Notes under the pieces: model-generated
Seen by the model: the letters and a program-made list of their open reading frames with translations, nothing else
What the model was told of the DNA's origin: nothing
Database searches by the model: none
Shown: in pieces, positions 1 through 15,553 of the stretch
Layout: the number at the start of each line of letters is the position of its first letter
How positions within the stretch are numbered: the first letter of the stretch is position 1
Position numbers and translations under genes: made by a program
From: Octopus vulgaris
Taxonomy: Eukaryota
Reading direction: 5' to 3'
DNA: 64,000 nucleotides
Assembly (NCBI GenBank): GCA_951406725.2
Contig: OX597814.1
Span: 41,168,001 to 41,232,000, forward strand

Positions 1-786
1 TAAGCAGAATGGAATACAAATAAGTTACCTCTACCTTGTGTGTAAATACTATTACCGTCATCCGCGATAAGTACGCAATTGTCGCTGAATCTACTTGAGG
101 AGTTCCTTATTGTAGGTTGTGTAGAAAACGCATAAGGAGAGGAAATAAAATACATGGAAAGCTTAATTGCCCAAAACGATCTTTTCGACACATGCTACGT
201 CCATCCCTTGGGTTTGGAAAAATACACATCGTATTGTGGTGTAGAAGCGTCTCATGTGATGTAATAAGAGATGTCACCATAAATGAAGTCTGTTGTGATC
301 AGATTTAATACAGCGTGTTGTTACTAACCGAGAATGTAATCCGTTCAATGATCGTCCACGATAAGTTGTATAATTTACCTGCTCAAAGAGATCGACGAAG
401 GAAATGGCGAAACAATCTGTTTGAAGAGTGAAGTTACGTGTGTATTCCATTTTCCGTCTTTATCATATATTTTATACATACATACAGCTATATGTGTGTG
501 TATGTATGTGTGTCTGTGTGCGTGTTTGTATCATATGTCAATTAACAATATCGGGACATAGAAGACATATCCTAGTTCACAAAAACGTCACATCAGAATC
601 AGATTCGAAAGGGCAAAGATATAGAAGAAACCCTGTCAGCCGGTGGTCTTAAAAGTCATCTAATGGCTCATCAACGGAGTGATTGTAGAGTGCAATGGGA
701 TGTGGTGTGTTTGTTGAAGGGCCGTCTGTTATTTCTCAAGATGAAGCAATCGTATATATAATATATATATAAATATATTTATTTTG

Positions 787-849
<63 letters not shown>

Positions 850-2516
850 GAAGTAGGCGAAACTATATGTCATTGGATAGTAATTCAATATACTTATTTT
901 TCACTCTTACGAAAAATTTTTGTGACAGTTCACAAGCTTAATTAAGTAGCGCAAATTATTGCAGTGAAATATTTCAAACTACCTTGCAATATCTTAGTGA
1001 TAAGCAATAATTCTCAAAACTTAACGCTAAAACCAAAAGAAATAACATTCTTTAAAGAGACATTTATGCTGTAAAATCAGATATGGAGAGGATTAGGATC
1101 TCACATGAGGTACGGATATTTGAATTTGTCCGCATGTATAGGCGAACTCTTACATGGACCTGTTAGTCAAATGTGTGTTAGAAATGCAGTTTCCGGCATA
1201 TCACAATACCAAAGCAAATATGTTTCCTCCTTTGTTCTTTTGTAGATATGCTTAAATTAGGAATATTTCAAATGTATATATATATATATATCTTATGATA
1301 TGTACGTAAGGACAACAACGCCCCATTCTCTTTATTAATTCGCAGTGTACATTTCGACTATTTTAAAATTGACCGGCATGTGTCAAGTCCGGAATTGTTC
1401 ACATTAATATAAACAAAACAATGCAAATAAAAGCAATGTTTTAAAAATTGCCTCTCATTTCAGATTGTGGACCATTATTCATTAAAAAATAAAATAAAAG
1501 AAAATTAACTTTAATGTAACTGCTGATGAATTAATACTAGAATTCCTGTCAAATTTAAAACCTATTATTGAAAATATTCCCATTCTATATATGAAATATA
1601 TATATGAAGATTTGCAACAGATATTTCTATTTTCCCTGTGTAAGGATGCTTAGCTAGAACGGCTTAACATATTGGAAAATTTAGAAAAAAAAAGGGGTGA
1701 CTTAAAACACTTTTATTAGAAAAGGAAATCGCTTTGTAGAAGCAAATTAAAATTTCTTTCCAAAACAAGCAATATACTTCATTGATATTTAAATATCTGA
1801 GCAGTGTTTTGCTTTCTATTCAGGTTTAATTTGTTTTCTCTAATACGTTTGGGATTTTGTAGGTAACCCCAACATTTTTATCATTTTGGTTTCTTTTTCT
1901 ATCAAAATTTACTTTAATCTCTCATGAGCATTCTCCTGTTGTTGCTCAACAACACTATATAGGCAATACGATGGACTTGTAATGCATTATTTCCCAGTAG
2001 TTCTAGCATGGTCGTAGAAGAGCTACGTTATTCATGGCAATCTTTTAAAGTCAAATGGTAAAACAATGCTTTTCACATCGCATTTGAGGAATACAAACTA
2101 GAGTCACAATACCTCGAAATCTTCGGCTGTAATTACTTTCATTCACATTGTTTGACATTAGTTTCTGCGGAGAATTATCTATTCGATTTCATAACCAAAC
2201 TTGACTAATTTTCAAAGTATTACATTGTCTTGAAATAATTATAGCAGTAAATTTCAAGAATGCTTTTTCATGCAACTCTCCATTTTCACACGCTCTCAGA
2301 TATGGCCTACACTTCGGTTCACACCAGTGACAGATCTAAAGTTCTCTGCGACAGCATTATACACAGGCGAGGATGATTATTTTGTATGTTTTCATAATTT
2401 CTACATATATCAAAATTGTACTATTTGTAATAAATTGTTTCATTAACAACGTGTCTAATTTATATTATCATAGTTATATAAGCATCGATAATTGACAGTG
2501 TGGACTTGATCAATTA

Positions 2517-3036
2517 CCGTAAATCCTCGAGTATAATCCGCATTTCCCCCCAAAAATTTAAAGTTCAAAATCCCTAGTACGTACTATATACGTGGTTAAA
2601 AATGAAAAATATTTTCTAAGCAATCTATGAGTCCCTATTTGCTGTCCGGCAATGTTTATTCGGGCGCATTTTAAAATGTCGGGAGCAAAAATACCATAAG
2701 CTAAGCCTGAACGCATTGAAGTCATTAAAAAATCATCCATAACTTGCAGTAAGCAACATTTATTGAAATAAAAGTATTCAGGACAGAGAATAACATGTAA
2801 CAAAAACAATTTGCTATCATATTTACATTCCTGTATAATAGTTAAGAACATCACCATTATTGTATTACGCATGCGCGGAAGTGTTTGTTCGACTAGGTGC
2901 TGATGGCTTAATTATGCACGACTCAAGTTAGAGAAGGGGTGCGTATTATCCACATGGTTTAGGTTTTTCAGAGGTACAGCCCCCTAAAAAAACAGCGTAT
3001 TATACTCAAGGGCGGACTATACTCGAGGATTTACGG
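2517..3036. mobile_element. pogo/Tc2-type non-autonomous DNA transposon (MITE) with 25-bp TIRs and TA TSD
   Basis: Left end TA|CCGTAAATCCTCGAGTATAATCCGC; right end GCGGACTATACTCGAGGATTTACGG|TA (24/25 inverted match). No transposase ORF. Confidence 0.9.
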
Positions 3037-5574
3037 TATGTAGTTTGCAATTCAAAAACACTGAATATTCTAGGTATATAACAAGGGAACTTTTTTCATC
3101 TACTATCTAACATTGTAATGAATTATATCTTCTTTTTTTTACTCCGAACGGGTCATTAATGCGAATTTATTATTTACTATTTTGGCGCATTTTCCATTAA
3201 AACTTCATTTAACCCAACCGAAAACCTGCGTGCGCAAAGAGATTGTCTAGTACATATTATTGACGTAGTCGTCATTCGAAGAGTAAAATTACTATTCATC
3301 AGTTCCGAAGCAGAATTCTTGGCCACTTTGACTTGGGATCATTTAATATTCACTAATATTTTCATATAGAACAGAATAGAAGTAGTTTTGCACCGGTTGT
3401 AAATCTTCTTCCAATGTGTGGTTCCCTGCCCCTTGTTTACATGTGTTCATTAAAATTATAGGCAATATGTTCCACTATCTACACTAATATAATCACTCTT
3501 CTCTTCATGCTTCTGGCAATTCTGATGATGAAATATTTAAATTGATACGTCTCTTTAAACAAGGTTATTATGAACATTACTGGTCCACTACTTTCTTTAC
3601 AAATTAATGTTTTTCCAATTTATATTTTATTACGGTTTTTCTGTGGATAACAGTCACCATATATATACAAATATATAATCCTTAAAATGTAATACATCCC
3701 TGAAATGTCATAGATGTTTGTCAAACTATTTCAATATTGAAACGGTTACTAGTACTTTAGAGGAATATACAACCAAGTTTTTTGTTGTTTTAAAGCAACT
3801 CGCTGACAATAAATGCAGTTCATAACATTCACACACCCCCGCACACGCACGCACACACAGAGAATCGATTGTCAGGCAATCGTCATTTCCTTAATAGTAA
3901 ATACGTAGTCATAAAAAAGTTTCTTATACTGTAATTGTACTATTTTCTCTTTAGAAATTAATTTATCTGTGTTGGAAATGATGTGAACGTTTTATTGTTT
4001 TGTGTGATAGCTTTTCCGTTACAAAAAGACATAAACCCCCTTAACGTTGTAAAAAATTCGACATTTTATAGCTCATAATTCAGATGTTGAGAGGTTTTCT
4101 CCTTTCTTTCATTTACTTATAATTTCCCTGCTGTAATACAGATAATGTAATCTATATTCGTTTCATGTACGAATTAACAATGGCGGTGTTTTGTCATAAC
4201 CAAGTAGACGTGGGTGTTTCAAATAACCACGTGAGTCATTTCAATTTACTAGTGGTAATTCAGACACACCGTATGCTTTTTAAATTATTTTAGCTTTAAA
4301 AATTTTATTTATAATTTTAAATATTAAACAGGAATTAAGAAGGAATGATGAAGAATCTTACCTCGATATTTCTTAGTGGTAAGTCGTTTAAATAATATAT
4401 ATCATTTCTCTTATTGGAGCCAATATTCACATAAATAAAAGAAAATGTTTTCTTTTTATGTGCTTATAGTCATCGTATTTTCGGTACTTTTCAGGAATTC
4501 TCAAATAATACAAAATGTATTGTACATATTACAATTTATATACATTTTAAATATTTACGAATTATTTTAGTTTTACTTTCATGATAGACGGTTCAACGAT
4601 TAAATCCTCCTTACTGTTATTTAAAAATATTTTCAAACATATGTAGACACTCCTAGAATATAATGACAATAACGTTTCATTCCACACGCAATTCATTTAA
4701 CCAGTTTGTTATAGCTCCAATATATTTGCGTGATTTACAAGGTAAGTAAAGGGTAGCCAATCATTTATTAAAATTGCGTGCGATATCGAAGAATCTATAC
4801 GACTAACATGTTTTATGTACTATAAATTCATATACTAACACCAAATTATATTTGCTGATACTAACTCCAATAATCAGTTGATCCATTAAATTACTCATAT
4901 CTAACATACGTGTCAGATATTTACAAATGTGAGTAAATCACAACTGTTAGCTTTAAGGAATATAATTAATCGATTTTCTTGTTCATGATTTCCTTGTTTT
5001 CATGTGACAAAACTATGTTACACACAGCATCGCCTCGTAAATACCGAAGTATTGAACTGATAATACATTACGTGGGAAACGTTATCTCGTTTTCTTTAAA
5101 ATTACGCACCATACTGTAATATCCCGAATCTATCAATTCCTAAACACTTACGTTCATCTACAAGCACATCAGTTTCCAAATCTCATTTTTAATAATACAT
5201 GTCGATAGTTATGGCGAAATTAAAATGGATGAGTTTGAAATTGGGAAATTACTCGTAAATAATTATTATTTCTGATAAAACTCTTTCATATACATATGTG
5301 AAATGTCGATCTAAATTTTCCATCGCGTGGAATATCATATACACAGGTTATTGTAGGGTTTGTATCAACGGTTTACATATAATGAATTAATATATCGTAT
5401 AGAGAGTAGACAGAGATTGAAAGTTTACGATAAAATCTTAACAGAAATGAAAATGTAGCTGTGTAGACATATGAATATGAAAACAGAAACACTATCGAAT
5501 AACATTTTCAAAAATATAAGGATTAAAATAACGATAAAAATACACACCGACAGACACACACCTATATTTGTATT

Positions 5575-5779
5575 CTTTTTTCTTTTATTGTTTCAGTCAT
5601 TTCACCGCGTTTATGCTGGTGCACCGCCTTTAGTCGAGCAAATTGTCACCAGGACTTCTTTGTAAGCCTAGTACTTATTCTATCGATCACTTTTGTCGAA
5701 CCGCTAAGTTACGGAAACGTAAACACACAAGCATCAGTTGTCAAGCGATGTTATGGGGGGGGCAAACACAGACACGCAA

Positions 5780-5843
<64 letters not shown>

Positions 5844-6005
5844 GACGGGCTTGTTTCAGCTTCCATTTTTTAATTCCACACCAAGGCGTTGGTCTGCCAG
5901 AAGCTATAGTAGAAGATATTTCCCGAAGGTGTCACGCAGTGGGACTGAACCCGGAACCATGCGTTTGGTAAGCAAGCTACTTACTACACAGCCACACCTG
6001 CGCCT
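5575..6005 (-). mobile_element. tRNA-derived SINE (family 1), full length, with internal (CA)n/(TA)n
   Basis: Minus strand starts AGGCGCAGGTGTGGCTGTGTAGTAAG (A box) ... GGTTCAGTCCC (B box). 3' tail GGCGGTGCACCAGCAT...GACTGAAAC. Flanking duplication ATATTTGTATT at 5564-5574 and 6006-6016. Homologous copies elsewhere in the window. Confidence 0.88.
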
Positions 6006-6061
6006 ATATTTGTATTAATCCTATATTTGTATTTATATACCTATATTTTTATACCTATAAA

Positions 6062-6113
<52 letters not shown>

Positions 6114-6118
<5 letters not shown>

Positions 6119-6290
6119 ATATAGAAGGAGTTTACAGGACTAGAACTGTTTCATTCAAAATAAATCATCATTTCTTTTGAATGAAACAGTTCTAGTCCTG
6201 TAGAAGCTCCTTCTATATAATAAATTAATTTACTCTGCTATGTATTGAGTACCTTATTTACTGTGGTTAACCCCGACTCAACCCGGGACC

Positions 6291-6292
<2 letters not shown>
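6114..6292. repeat. (TA)n-embedded inverted-repeat unit (PLE pLTR-like)
   Basis: Arm 6114-6160 is the reverse complement of 6175-6223. Contains ATGATGA...GAATGAAACAGTT on the minus strand, a hammerhead-like remnant. (TA)n on both sides. Confidence 0.65.
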
Positions 6293-6343
<51 letters not shown>

Positions 6344-6894
6344 TTCCATGTACAAGAATTTTATATGTGTGTGTATGCTCGCACGCGCGATTTCGCATCA
6401 CAAAAAGTTTGATATTTACTTATTGTAACATTTTTCAAAATAAGCATCTGCATTTCATATGTTTTCTCATCTCACTCATTTTCTTTCAGTAATTTCTTTT
6501 TGGCATGCTTTCCGCTCTTCTTACATTTTATGTGTTCGCTCTAGTCAGACTCTTACTAACTCTCTCCGTTCTCATATAAACTCGCTTTTGTCAAAGCACT
6601 TTTATCTAAAAGGTCATTTTCCAGTGATATTGTTCATTCTTAGCTGTTGGATTCCTCCCAAGAGAACACTTGATTCCTGTATCGTATGAAGAAAAGTAAA
6701 ATAATGAAAGATTATAAAAAAAGTAGTGGGACGAAATATTAGGTTTTATGATCCTTTTAATGTGACATTGGAGCTGAAATATTTACTTCTTAAATAAGTG
6801 GCTGTGATTAACTAGTTATTCAAATTATCCTTAGAGATGAGCTTATCATTAGATAGCGTCGTTACGTATTCATGTAAGAATCTCTGAAAAAATT

Positions 6895-7888
<994 letters not shown>

Positions 7889-7894
7889 TATGTG

Positions 7895-8110
7895 TATGTG
7901 TGTGTGTGTTTTTGTCCTCTCACCGTCGCTTGGCGACTAATACCTGATATTTAGCTCCCCATAACTAATCTGCTCCGCAAAAGTGACCGTTAGAACAAGT
8001 ACTAGGCTTCCAAAGAATAATTCATGGGATCGATGTTTTCGACTAAAGGCGGTGCTGCAGCATGGTCTCTGTCAAATGATTAAATCAAGTAGAAGAATAA
8101 AAGAATAGAA
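7895..8110 (+). mobile_element. SINE family 1, 3' half
   Basis: AAGTACTAGGCTT...GACTAAAGGCGGTGCTGCAGCATGG...AAGAATAAAAGAATAGAATA; matches the other family 1 tails. Confidence 0.75.
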
Positions 8111-8581
8111 TACTGAGTTATGCTCCCAGGTTGTTCACAATTATTGTTATCTGTCAGCATCAGTGTGAAAATTTGAAGCTGAATACATTTCAGGTAAAGT
8201 GCTCGGTTAACCAGTGCGCACCACGTAACATTGCAAGTGTTATCGCTAGCGAAAGTTGGTGGGTCTTACGTTTATGTTAACTCTATAAGCAATTAGGAAC
8301 ATCATGTCAAATGCAATAGAGAAAGAACTGGAAGCTATGATAATCACGTGTCTAAAAGCAAGCACACATCTTGTATAGAAGTAGCCAAAGAAAATCATTT
8401 GCTTCTGAAAAATATCATAGATTTGGAAATCAATGGAAACGACTGAAGCCTGTTCTGAAAAACAAAATTTCCCCTTCACCCACTGCTTCATTTCCTATGC
8501 AGAAAATAGATATCCTGGTTTCAAACATTCGAAAGTACTTTCAACACTGTACCTTAATTAATATATAAATGCACTCACAGA

Positions 8582-8649
<68 letters not shown>

Positions 8650-8655
<6 letters not shown>

Positions 8656-9528
8656 TGAAAAGTAACACACGAGTTGATACGCATAAGGAAAATAAAATAA
8701 AGTAGAGAATGCTAAAAGAATTTTATCATGAAGTATATTTTAGTACCGGTTTCATACTTTGGGACTTTTTCAACTTTCAACCTAGAATAAAGCAAGAAAA
8801 ACAATTAAACGTGGAGTTTCCTTCTCTCTCTCATTCTCTCTCTCTCTCTGTCTACCTATCTCTTTCTCTCTCTCTCTCTCTCAATTTTTTGAAGACTCGG
8901 TGGGTAGTAGCGGATCTGAAAAAAAGAGCGTATATGAGGGATGCTGGTTTTGGATTTTGATTGTTTAACCAGCAGCAGCCGATGAAGTGGAGGGGGAACA
9001 AAAAGTCGAAGAGTCGGAAAAGAAAAGAAAGAAGAAGAAAGAGATGGAAGTGGTATGGCAGTAGTAGACTGTTCGAGGAACATGTTAACGGACAAGTGAC
9101 TTAAGAGTGACCTGTAGTGATTGTAGCAGTAGTGATAAGAATTGTTCTGAATAAATTCATGAGTAGTGACTGCTCTGTATATATCATTTTTAATAATTGC
9201 ATCTATATTATTCTAAGATACTTGTAGTGGCTGCTGCTAAAAGAATAAAAATCCAGAAACGATATCCATCTTATTAAATTTTTTCTTCAGATCTGCTACT
9301 AACTACCGAGACTTCACAAAAGTAAAAGAGAGAGGGAAAGAAAAGGAAAATGTCCTAACTATTTGAAGGCAATGGAAATATTTCAAAAAAGCATTTAATT
9401 TAATTTTCCAAAATTAATTGTTTTCTTAGCTTTATTCCAAGTTGAAAGAGTCAAAAAGACCGAAACTGCTACTAAATTTTACATGATAAAATTATTTTAG
9501 AATGTTCTACGTTGTCTTATTTCTTTCA
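8650..9528. repeat. Degenerate inverted pair of a PLE pLTR-like unit between (TA)n tracts
   Basis: ~8680-8985 is a diverged reverse complement of ~9225-9527 (e.g. AATTTTATCATG / CATGATAAAATT; GAAGACTCGGTGGGTAGTAGCGGATCTGAA / TTCAGATCTGCTACTAACTACCGAGACTTC). Confidence 0.7.
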
Positions 9529-9796
9529 TATATATATATATATATATGGGTGTGTGTGAGTGTGTGCGTGTGCGCGCGCGCGTGTATGTGTATGGAAAGA
9601 AAAAAAACTATAAATAGTCTATCAATACCACTTTCATTGTTTTATCAACTTACGATTACACCGAAAAAGTTGCAATAACACAGAATGAAAATATTTATAG
9701 AGATTTTCATTTTTCTAAAGTGTGTATAGATATTTAGGGTGACTCGGAATGTGTGTCAATTTATATGCGTGTGTGTCTATGTATGTCTATGTGTCT

Positions 9797-9840
<44 letters not shown>

Positions 9841-12124
9841 CGATACTCAGACACAGAGTTATAAATGTGAACATTTGTACATGAAGTTAATGATATGTAT
9901 ATGTGTGTTTGCGTGTTTGTGTGTCTGATTCATGCATATAGGAATTCTATGCTTTCTATGCGATGAATATCATATTTTCAAAATAGCAAATATTAGTTTC
10001 TTTCAAGCATTTTGCATCAACATATGAAAACTTTGTTTTGTGCTCTCGGTTGTTTCACTTGTTAATATACATTTAAATATATCTTGCTCCTAGCTTGCAT
10101 GAATAACTAATTACGTAGTAGATTACGGAGAGGGAAGCATATGCATAATAATCTGACATTGCCTCAAATGAATTCGTCTGTGTGTGCGTGTGAGTACGCG
10201 CTAGTACACATATTTATATATGTATATATATATTCGGTTAAATGTTAGTCTGTCTTTGTCAATTGGCATAAACTTGTGCTAGTATGTATATTGTAGAGTG
10301 AGTGTATGCGTAATTCTAATTTTACTGTCACTAACTTTCAAGTAATAATAATTTAATAATTTAAATCAGACGCGTCAAGATTTCTATGTGAAGCTGCACC
10401 AGTTATATACATAATATATCGTTTGTATACGTGCTATACAAATTTTTATAGATAAAAATCACTTGTCATTCCCCATTCCTTTATCTAATATTATCTCTAT
10501 ATATCTTCATAAGACATTTTATCGTATGATACAAAGAATATTATATATGTAATTTTTTACATTTTTATATCAAAGAACTACTCTATTAGAAATTTTAATT
10601 TGCAAAGTCTACAATCGATACAAAATGTACTGCTGTTTACAGTTATATGTGGCAGCAAAGAAACAATTATAATGACAGTTTTGATACTAGAAAAAATACG
10701 AAATAAACAAATATTATCAACTCATCATTTTGGATTGGAATTAGACTAGTAACTACAATAATCTCATATGTAGGTAGCGTGGTTTCTTTTAAAAGCTGAT
10801 ACAGCTCAACAATTTTTAACCTATCATGCATATAATTTGCATCGCTTCCTTAAGTTTTACATTACAAGATGTCGACTGCAATCCTTTTGTGAATATGACG
10901 TAATCGCAGATGAATTTCTAGTATTTAAATGTTGGTGAGTGCAATTTTGCCATTATATTACTATAGAGATTATGTCGCTGTTAATGTGTGTTGCATTTAT
11001 ATGTGGATACAACTGAATATTATATAGATCAGAATCGACAAGTGTAATGCTAATGAACAATGGCACCAAACATTCCTTAGACACGATTAAGCAAGTAAAG
11101 AATCGCACAACAATACATATCGGGAATCTCTTCGACGTTAACGAGAAAATGTAGGATAGAAACTCCAAAACTGTTTTCAGATAATCTAAATCTTATAGAA
11201 CACACTATATGTTTCGGAATCCGAACATCACATCGTGCGTCGTGTACCACTGAAAACACCTGTCTATTAAAATACAAAGGTTAAAATAATTGCTTACTTC
11301 AAGTCAGTCACATGAATGTCTCTCTTCTCTTCTGCCCTGCAATTTCAGATAACTTATTTTAGTTTTACAATCTAAATCTAATTTTCTGGAACTTTTATAC
11401 CATGATTCATAATGGAGGAAAATAATGATATTTTAATTGAAATTCCTGTAAAAACACACCATAACATTTTAACAATATTCGCTAATCAACTTACTCTGGG
11501 CGCATATCCAACAGCTGTTACAGTTTTATAGGCCAATACCGAAATAGTATACAAATGGAATGGGTATACTATAATGAAGGTGTCTCTAAATGGAGAATAC
11601 TATAAAACGTAACATTCTATTCTTCTATGAATATATACTGATATGCTTCTTTATGAATTTCCATTGCATATGTAAAGGTTTTTATTTTTATGTATTTACT
11701 TATTTTGTACACATACAATTGGTCGAGAAGCATCCTCCACACTCTCATAGACATATTGATTACTAAAAATCTCTAGCGAGCGAAAGTGGATGACGAAGAA
11801 CTGCAGATGATAAACAAAGTATAGGTATGGATACATAAACTATTTTAAATTAATATATTCTGAAGCAAATTATCATGGCGAACATCCTTTTTCTCGTTAT
11901 AAACATTGTTACTAAGAAAACGTTTGATTTCCTGAAAATATCGATAATTTTACAGATATTCAACTTTATGATTTCTCTTTTTGAATTACGTGCTTAATAA
12001 TATAACCAAACGATCGAAATTTAATCCCCACGTCAAATCACATGCACTCAAACACGTATTCACACACACACACATACACACAAACACAAATACACGAGCA
12101 TATATTTCACTTTTATCTCTCTTT

Positions 12125-12795
12125 CACTGTTTACAGAATTGCTTCGAAGTAACGTGGGTAAAATGCGATCGTCGCATTCACTACAACAGAGAAAGTTGTC
12201 ATGGCAATACCTGCTCAGGTGCCTACGCAAAGTTGCAGAAAGTGTATGGAGAGGAGTGTATCAGCCGCACACAAGTATATGAGGATTTCAGGTGTTTCCT
12301 TGATGGCTGCAAAAAAGCCGATAGTGAAGAGCGTTCTGCGAACCAGCAAAAATGAGAAAAACATCACAGATCTGCGTGCAGCTGTGAGGGGAAATCGTCA
12401 AATATTCACCTGTGAGTTATCGGAAGATGTGCAGATTAGTTAGAATTTAGTTATCACAGACGAGTTAGGTTTGAGACTCGTGTCTGCGTTGTCTGTTCCA
12501 AAACTGCTTTCATCTTACCAACATGACCCTTGGGTTTCAGTTGCACAAATCGCCTTAATGGTATCGAGAAAGAAGAAAAGTTTTGAAAACTATGGCAAAA
12601 TAGTATGCAGATTCTCTGGTCAATAGAACGAAAACACATTACACACGTTACTTCTAGCAGTTGTGAGCTAGAACGTTCAAACTTTGTGCGCATGCACAAC
12701 CGAGTTGAAGGTCATTCTGTGCCAAGTGGCTTTACTCTGAATGTTCTAGCTTTGTCATTATGCCAAAAGTCCTGATACTTATTGATCAGGTCACG
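12125..12795 (+). mobile_element. Decayed, internally deleted mariner element
   Basis: Translation AYAKLQKVYGEECISRTQVYEDFRCFLDG...EERS resembles the mariner N-terminal HTH. The 3' end ATACTTATTGATCAGGTCACG|TA is TIR-like. Confidence 0.7.
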
Positions 12796-14344
12796 TATAT
12801 ATATATATAAATCATAAAATATCAGGAGTTATGACGAGTGAATATATTTTTCTAAACACGTATAGTCCTTGGTATTAAGGCGGTTTTCTAGCCTTCTTCA
12901 TGCAACAATTATTTCAGTGTGTAATGATGTTTACATTTGTAATATGCTTGCTACACATATAATAAAATTGTTTATTCAGAAATCAATACAGATAATTAAA
13001 GGTTGCTCATCAGATCACCAGCTGGCAACACTTACGCCTATGATTGTCTTCTAAATGTACATACACAAGTTTTCTTTTATACATATAACGAAAAACATCG
13101 GGACTAGTTAAAACTACCTTATAAAAATGAAGACTTTTTTGTAAAATATCAATTAAATTGCAGGATCTAAGTTAGGGAAACCAGGAATGGATAAGGAGTG
13201 GAAGTAAAGTACTTATAGTACATCAAGAAATATTTTTCATTTAAATGTAAATATAATTACTTTTCTAAATATGAAATTTATTGACCATAAATTCGAAATA
13301 TGTAAAAGAATTCAGGTTCAATTATTGTGAACTGTTGGTCGGTACTTCCAGTTTCTAATTGCAGCAGGATCTTCCACTTTTAGCAAATATATAGGCATAG
13401 AGCGTTTGATCATAGAAAGAGCGTTTGGCAAAACGTATATTTTGGCGAACACAGAGTGAATTGTTTTCGATGCCTTTACATCGTGGATGACGATAATCTG
13501 CCTCGAGATAAAATTTGAGCTTATAAACAATGAAGTGTTCGTATTCAGGCCATCTCTAGGAAGCAATGATCAACCGATCTTCAGGAAGAGCTGTGTGTGG
13601 GATTGTATTTTCATCATGTACATACACGTTAGTACAACATATCTATTTTCCTTTCTATTGGCGTTTGCGTTATTTCTTTAGGTTTAATTCTAAATTGTTT
13701 CGTATATTGCGTAGTTCGAGTAAATTGGGTTGGGTTATTTCTCTAATATTTTGATAGTAATTATGGAAAACCTCAGTATTGTGGATCTTACGATGGTTTT
13801 AGCAGCAATCTCCGTCCATTCTCCAGCGTATTGGCTGTAAAAATTATATTTTACCGTTAAGTTTTAAATAATAAAGAACGTGTCGAAATTATAATCTCTT
13901 CGATATGTTCTTGCTCTATACGCATGTGCCAATCCAAAATATTTTGTTTGGGTTAGCATTCTCTTAAAAGTTATTTCATTGTGGATCGATTTGATTGATT
14001 TAGCATAGGAATTGATATAAATCTAGATCATTAAGTTTATAGTTTTGTCGTTACAGATGATATATTCATAGGCACAAGTCATTCACAGTAGAGTTTTTCT
14101 TTTCTCTTTCGAAATTGCTGTTTTCGATGAACTTGTATTACAATGCCCGTTATATTTGGTTATGAGTGTATCATATATTTTAGTCTTCGTTCAGTGTAAG
14201 AAAAAATAACTCGAGATAAATTTACAAGAATCATTTACTTTTGGTCTTATTCAAGATTTCATTCGTCTCAATTTCTTGTATTTTCAGCAGGCTAATCTCA
14301 CGCGAAAATTATATTGTCATTATATAAAAAATATTTTGTCAGTA

Positions 14345-14475
14345 AACTAAGGTAACACCCCTTCATTTTCGAGCACCATCCGGAGTATTCGTGCGGACAA
14401 GTGCCCCCCCCCCCATTGCAGCCCCCATTGGAGGTCTCTGTTATTATTATTTTTATTTTTATTATTATTTTTATT

Positions 14476-14518
<43 letters not shown>

Positions 14519-14900
14519 AATATTGTTGTAGTTTTCCTACTTTCTTCAAATTTTCTTCCATTTCTCGCCGAGTGTTTTCCGTACACCTAGGTCAGATAAG
14601 CTCCTTGTATGCCTTTCCAGATTACACACGCAAATTAACAGGTAAAATATCTATTTAAAAATATATATAAATAAATAAATTCATGAATAGATGTGTTTTC
14701 ACAGCGATAATGCTCTTCTCAGTACATGAGTCGTTCCAGTGAACACGATGTTTGCACTTCCTGTAGGGATGGTATCATTTTAAAATAGGTTTCAGTACCT
14801 TTTTTATCATTCAAAGAGATCCTATAATCACAGGCCTTCAGATGACACATTTTTCAATTTCTATTAGCAAGTCTTCAGATTTACTGATCTTGTAAAATTC
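14345..14900 (-). mobile_element. Two tandem 3' ends of R4/Dong-like (REL-endonuclease) LINEs separated by (TAA)n
   Basis: Minus-strand PSLQEVQ / IVFTGTTHVLRRALSL* followed by a 3' UTR and (TAA)n at 14441-14520. A second end, LSARILRMVLEN, lies at 14345-14440. Both resemble the GTxxILRxxL terminus of REL LINEs. Confidence 0.65.
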
Positions 14901-14924
14901 TTTCGCCACTATGTTGTGATCACA

Positions 14925-15330
14925 TGTCAATTCCGGAGGAATTTTGACCATGATCTATGGATAAATTCCAGAAATCTGTGACCAAGTAGTGTTACCGTGG
15001 AGCGATGAAACCGTTCTGCATGCTCCCGTACAGCGTCTGCACTTACTTGACTTGTGGAGATTTGTCGAACAGTATTGTCATGTAGAGGATGGACCCGGCT
15101 ATCGTTGGAGTCCCTTGTGAAGATCAGCCCCGCCTCATGAGAGCCACGTGAGCAAGGGAGGAGGAGTGAGGGCGAGTGAGTGACAGAGTAATAGGATAGA
15201 ATAAGGGAGAAGAGGAGGTAAAAGAATGAGCGAGAGAAAGAGAAAAACGAATGAGTAAAAAGATCGTATAGAGTACGCATCAGAATTATCACGATAAAAC
15301 TTACTTGGAAGAGAATGCGTGGCATTAAGT
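14925..15330 (-). mobile_element. Dispersed repeat fragment, probable 5' part of a retroelement
   Basis: Minus-strand start ATGCCACGCATTCTCTTCCAAGTAAG matches ATGCGACGCATCCATTTCCAAGTAAG (54320-54348, minus). Both are followed by a CT-rich tract. Confidence 0.4.
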
Positions 15331-15332
15331 AT

Positions 15333-15406
<74 letters not shown>

Positions 15407-15486
15407 GTATGTATATACACGTATATATATGTGTGTGTTTGTGTGAATACATATAAGATCTATCTATCTATCTATCTATCTAACTA

Positions 15487-15553
<67 letters not shown>

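Noticed and set aside
5935-6005. tRNA gene
   Set aside because: The A/B boxes belong to a SINE head; no full cloverleaf.
8738-9476. Hammerhead calls within the 8.7-9.5 kb inverted unit (TTGAAAG...GAAACCGGTA / GAAACTGCTA)
   Set aside because: The 3' half fits, but the 5' core departs from CUGAnGA in both arms; not called as ribozymes.
13300-14300. Microsatellite-free segment with partly open minus-strand frames
   Set aside because: May be decayed coding DNA, but no motif could be assigned with confidence.
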